Assembly: GCA_964532385.1 (NCBI GenBank)
Contig: CAZHHW010000005.1
Coordinates: forward strand, 1 to 62,222
Length of the DNA stretch: 62,222 nt
From: an uncultured Gammaproteobacteria bacterium
Lineage (GTDB): Bacteria; Pseudomonadota; Gammaproteobacteria; SG8-11
Direction of reading: 5' to 3'
Part shown: positions 58,896 through 62,222 of the stretch, piece after piece
Layout: each line of letters opens with the position of its first letter
How positions within the stretch are numbered: position 1 is the first letter of the stretch
The notes under the pieces: model-generated
The model's database searches: none
What the model saw: the letters and a program-made list of their open reading frames with translations, nothing else
What the model was told of the DNA's origin: nothing
Program-made: the position numbers and the translations under genes

Positions 58896-61640
58896 TTAGT
58901 GCGCTTCATCCCAATTGTTGCCAATGCCGATATCAACGACTAACGGCACAGCCAAGTCGGCCGCGCGGCTCATGTGGTTACGAATGTCTACAATCGTCTG
59001 ATCAAGAATACCCTCGCCTACTTCGAATACCAATTCATCGTGTACCTGCATGATTATACGAGCGTCAATGCTTGACTTTTGTAACCAGGCATAGGCTCCG
59101 ATCATTGCGCGTTTGATAATGTCTGCCGCCGTGCCTTGCATGGGTGCGTTAATTGCAGTGCGTTCCGCATATTGGCGCCGTTGCGCGTTGCTGGCTTTGA
59201 TATCGGGCAGGTACAGGCGGCGGCCGAAGACGGTTTCAACATGGCCGAGTTGGCGTGCGGATGCACGCGTTGAGTCCATAAACAGCTTCACCCCTGGATA
59301 GCGGGCGAAGTATAAGTCGATATACTCTTGCGCGATACCTCTTTCAATGCCCAATTGGCGCGCCAAACCAAAAGCCGACATACCGTAGATCAGACCGAAG
59401 TTGATCGCTTTGGCATTGCGGCGCTGATCGTTGCTCACCTTATCCGGCGGAACGCCAAACACTTCCGCCGCCGTGGCGCGATGTACATCGGTGCCTTCCG
59501 AAAACGCGCGCAGCAAGCCCGCGTCACCGGATAAATGCGCGAGAATCCGCAATTCAATTTGCGAATAATCCGCCGCGACAATTTTGTATCCTGGCGGTGC
59601 GATGAACGCCTGCCGGATGCGGCGGCCTTCTTCGCTGCGGATTGGGATATTCTGTAAATTCGGATCGCTCGACGACAGACGGCCGGTGCTCGCGACCGCC
59701 TGGTGATATGAGGTATGTACGCGCCCGGTGCGTGGATTGATTTGCTCCGGCAGACGGTCGGTATAAGTGGATTTGAGCTTGCTCATGCCGCGGTGATTAA
59801 GGATGCATTGCGGCAGTTGATAGTTCGCCGCCAATTCCTGCAATACCGATTCCGCCGTCGAGGGTTGCCCCGTGGGGGTTTTTTCCAGCACGGGCAACTT
59901 GAGCTTGTTGTAAAGAATTTCTTGGATTTGTTTGGGTGAACCCAGATTGAATTCCTCGCCGGCCAGTCGATACGCTTCGTGCTCCAATTGATTCATGCTT
60001 TGGGCAAGTTCCATGCTCTGGGAGTTGAGCATGGCCGCGTCAACCAGCACGCCGGTACGTTCGATATGTGACAATACCGGCACTAGAGGCATTTCGATTG
60101 ATTCGTAAAGAGACCTCAGTTTGGCGTCCTGTTCCAGGAGGGGCCACATCTTGTGATGCAGGCGCAGGGTGATATCGGCCTCTTCCGCCGCATAGTTGCT
60201 GGCGATATCCACCGCGACTTGATTGAGGGCGATCTGCTTGGCGCCTTTGCCGGCGATTTCTTCGAAGCTGATGGTTTTGTGGCCCAGATGCTTGAGGGCC
60301 AGCGTGTCGATGTCGTGGCGCGAACTGACGCTGTTCAGAACATACGATTCCAGCATGGTGTCGAAGGCTGTGCCACGCAGCGTGATGCCGTAATTGGCCA
60401 GCACGCTCATGTCGAACTTGGTGTTCTGCCCGATTTTTATTTTTTGCGGGTCTTCCAGCAGCGGCCGCAGGGAGGTCAATACGTCGGAGCATGACATTTG
60501 TGCCGGGGCGCCCGGATAGTCATGCGCCAGTGGAATATAGGCGGCTGCATGCGGCTGGATTGCAAACGATACGCCGACGATTTCGGCGTGCATGTAATCA
60601 GGGCCGGTGGTCTCGGTATCAAATGCAAACAGTTCGGCATGTTGCAATTTATTCAGCCAAGGGGCGAGCTGTTCTGCATTCAGTATCGTTTGATAATCCG
60701 TACCAGGAATCTCGTTTGGCGCCTGTGTCTGGTCGGCAGACGTTGAGTTTCCGCCCTGCGTTAAGCTCGTGTGTTGGGAGTCGTTGCGGCTGAGTAATTC
60801 TCCCAGCCAGGTTTTGAATTCCAGGTGTTGGTACAGGGTTTTGAGTTTTTCAACATCAGGTGGAGCCACGCGTAAATCTTCGGCGCGAATATCCAGGGTC
60901 ACATTGCAATGAATGGTGGCAAGCTGGTGTGATAGCGGTAACTGGCCCAGGCAGGCGCGCAGGCTGTCGCCAACTTTGCCTTTTATTTCATCGGCGTGTG
61001 CTACCAAATTATCCAGTGTCCCGTAGTTTTGCAGCCATTTTGCAGCGGTTTTCGGGCCTACGCTGGGTACGCCGGGAATGTTATCGGAGGTATCGCCGAT
61101 CAAGGTGAGATAGTCGACCATTTGTTCCGCGCGCACGCCGAATTTATCAACTACACCCTGGGTGTCGATATAACTGTCAGTCATGGTGTTCACCAGCGCG
61201 ACCTGTTCGTTCACCAGTTGAGCCATGTCTTTGTCGCTGGTCGAGATAAGCGAATGCATGCCGTGTTGCACCGCTTGTTTAGTCAAGGTACCGATGACAT
61301 CGTCGGCTTCAACACCGGGAACGCACAGCAACGGAATGCCCAGTGCCTGGATGACGGCGTGCAGTGGTTCGATCTGCGCGCGCAGTTCCTCGGGCATCGA
61401 TTCGCGATTGGCTTTGTACTGCGCGAATAGATCATCGCGAAAAGTTTTGCCCGGTGCGTCGAATACGACGGCGACATGCTCGGCCGGGTGATCGGCGAGG
61501 AGTTTGCGCAACATGTTGACGACACCGTAAATCGCACCGGTCGGTTCGCCGCGCGAGTTGCTCAACGTCGGCATGGCATGGAATGCCCGATACAGGTAGG
61601 ATGATCCGTCCACCAGGATCAGTAGCGTTTGGTTAGTCAT
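58896..61640 (-). CDS. polA: DNA polymerase I
   Basis: 914 aa. 5'-nuclease N-terminus LILVDGSSYLYRAFHA, 3'-5' exonuclease FDTETT, polymerase motifs DYSQIELR and QVHDELVFE. Confidence 0.96.
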   Translation of the reverse strand: MTNQTLLILVDGSSYLYRAFHAMPTLSNSRGEPTGAIYGVVNMLRKLLADHPAEHVAVVFDAPGKTFRDDLFAQYKANRESMPEELRAQIEPLHAVIQALGIPLLCVPGVEADDVIGTLTKQAVQHGMHSLISTSDKDMAQLVNEQVALVNTMTDSYIDTQGVVDKFGVRAEQMVDYLTLIGDTSDNIPGVPSVGPKTAAKWLQNYGTLDNLVAHADEIKGKVGDSLRACLGQLPLSHQLATIHCNVTLDIRAEDLRVAPPDVEKLKTLYQHLEFKTWLGELLSRNDSQHTSLTQGGNSTSADQTQAPNEIPGTDYQTILNAEQLAPWLNKLQHAELFAFDTETTGPDYMHAEIVGVSFAIQPHAAAYIPLAHDYPGAPAQMSCSDVLTSLRPLLEDPQKIKIGQNTKFDMSVLANYGITLRGTAFDTMLESYVLNSVSSRHDIDTLALKHLGHKTISFEEIAGKGAKQIALNQVAVDIASNYAAEEADITLRLHHKMWPLLEQDAKLRSLYESIEMPLVPVLSHIERTGVLVDAAMLNSQSMELAQSMNQLEHEAYRLAGEEFNLGSPKQIQEILYNKLKLPVLEKTPTGQPSTAESVLQELAANYQLPQCILNHRGMSKLKSTYTDRLPEQINPRTGRVHTSYHQAVASTGRLSSSDPNLQNIPIRSEEGRRIRQAFIAPPGYKIVAADYSQIELRILAHLSGDAGLLRAFSEGTDVHRATAAEVFGVPPDKVSNDQRRNAKAINFGLIYGMSAFGLARQLGIERGIAQEYIDLYFARYPGVKLFMDSTRASARQLGHVETVFGRRLYLPDIKASNAQRRQYAERTAINAPMQGTAADIIKRAMIGAYAWLQKSSIDARIIMQVHDELVFEVGEGILDQTIVDIRNHMSRAADLAVPLVVDIGIGNNWDEAH

Positions 61641-61682
61641 GGGTTTATTTGGTGGCCACCGAAAATTTCAAGAAGAGCGATT

Positions 61683-62222
61683 ATGGACGAACATACAAAA
61701 TCTTCCCATCCGGGTTTACGCCCGATCAACGACACACAGCTCACACGCGAGTCGTGGAAAATTTTCCAGATCATGGCGGAGTTCGTCGAAGGCTTCGAAA
61801 AGCTGGCGCGCATCAAACCGTCGGTGAGTATTTTCGGCTCGGCGCGTACGCCGGAGGATCATCCCTATTACGCGCTCACCGAAGACATCGCGCGGCGTTT
61901 ATCCGACGCCGGGTTCTCAGTCGTTAGCGGTGGCGGGCCGGGCGTCATGGAGGCGGCCAACAAAGGCGCATTCGCGGGCAAGTCGCCCAGCATCGGGCTG
62001 AATATTAATTTGCCGCACGAACAAAGCGCGAACCGCTATCAGAATATTTCCCTATATTTCCGCCATTTCTTCTCACGTAAAGTGATGTTTGTGAAGTACG
62101 CCGCAGCCTATGTGGTGCTGCCGGGCGGCTTTGGCACGCTCGACGAACTCGCAGAAATTCTGACCCTGGTGCAAACCGCGAAGACGCGGCGCATACCGAT
62201 CATTCTGGTACATGCGCCGTTC
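61683..62222 (+). CDS. LOG family / TIGR00730 Rossmann-fold nucleotide-binding protein (3' end beyond the window)
   Basis: Translated by hand: MDEHTKSS...SIFGSARTPEDHPYY, VVSGGGPGVMEAANKGA, LPGGFGTLDELAEIL. The frame is open to the window edge. Confidence 0.8.
   Translation, partial: MDEHTKSSHPGLRPINDTQLTRESWKIFQIMAEFVEGFEKLARIKPSVSIFGSARTPEDHPYYALTEDIARRLSDAGFSVVSGGGPGVMEAANKGAFAGKSPSIGLNINLPHEQSANRYQNISLYFRHFFSRKVMFVKYAAAYVVLPGGFGTLDELAEILTLVQTAKTRRIPIILVHAPF

Overview
GC-rich proteobacterial chromosome segment. The gene orders polA-engB-cytochrome c-dsbA, dapF-DUF484-xerC and kdsDC-lptCAB-rpoN-hpf-ptsN-hprK-rapZ suggest a gammaproteobacterium; the exact taxon cannot be determined here. 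I call about 70 protein genes, nearly all recognisable housekeeping genes. They include 2-oxoglutarate dehydrogenase (sucA-sucB-lpdA), citrate synthase, oligopeptidase A, aroE, hemB, adk, a PFK (probably PPi-dependent), ppa, moaD/moaC, dapF/xerC, a GldAFG-like ABC transporter, NamZ, a full nitrogen-PTS/HprK block, rpoN, the Lpt/Kds genes, ubiA, dsbA, engB and polA. From 35.3 to 55.8 kb every gene is on the minus strand, often with 4-nt start/stop overlaps. I saw no rRNA, tRNA, CRISPR array, prophage or integron. The only clearly accessory part is the AT-richer first ~4.5 kb. It holds a Y1 (IS200/RAYT-like) transposase gene with a DnaA-C-like HTH, preceded by a 339-nt internal fragment of the same gene. 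It also holds a CTATGTT heptamer array, a small membrane protein, ~560 bp of apparently non-coding DNA, an HPF-cold-shock-domain fusion, a DUF5658-like membrane protein and a PilZ protein. My highest-ranked observations are: (1) the single-ORF fusion of a ribosome hibernation factor domain to a cold-shock domain, in addition to the canonical hpf next to rpoN; (2) an adenylate kinase continuing in frame into a ~106-aa Lys/Ala/Pro histone-H1-like tail; (3) a near-identical decapeptide RRRSxRRS(I/L)G in two unrelated small proteins, the DUF5658-like protein and an RRM-like protein; (4) the RRM-like Arg-tailed protein itself. I did not find a convincing self-contained multi-gene novel system. The best candidate is the RNA/ribosome-binding theme of the 1.4-4.5 kb islet, and that link is inference. 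All calls rest on motif recognition by eye on the supplied ORF translations and sequence; no database or HMM search was run.
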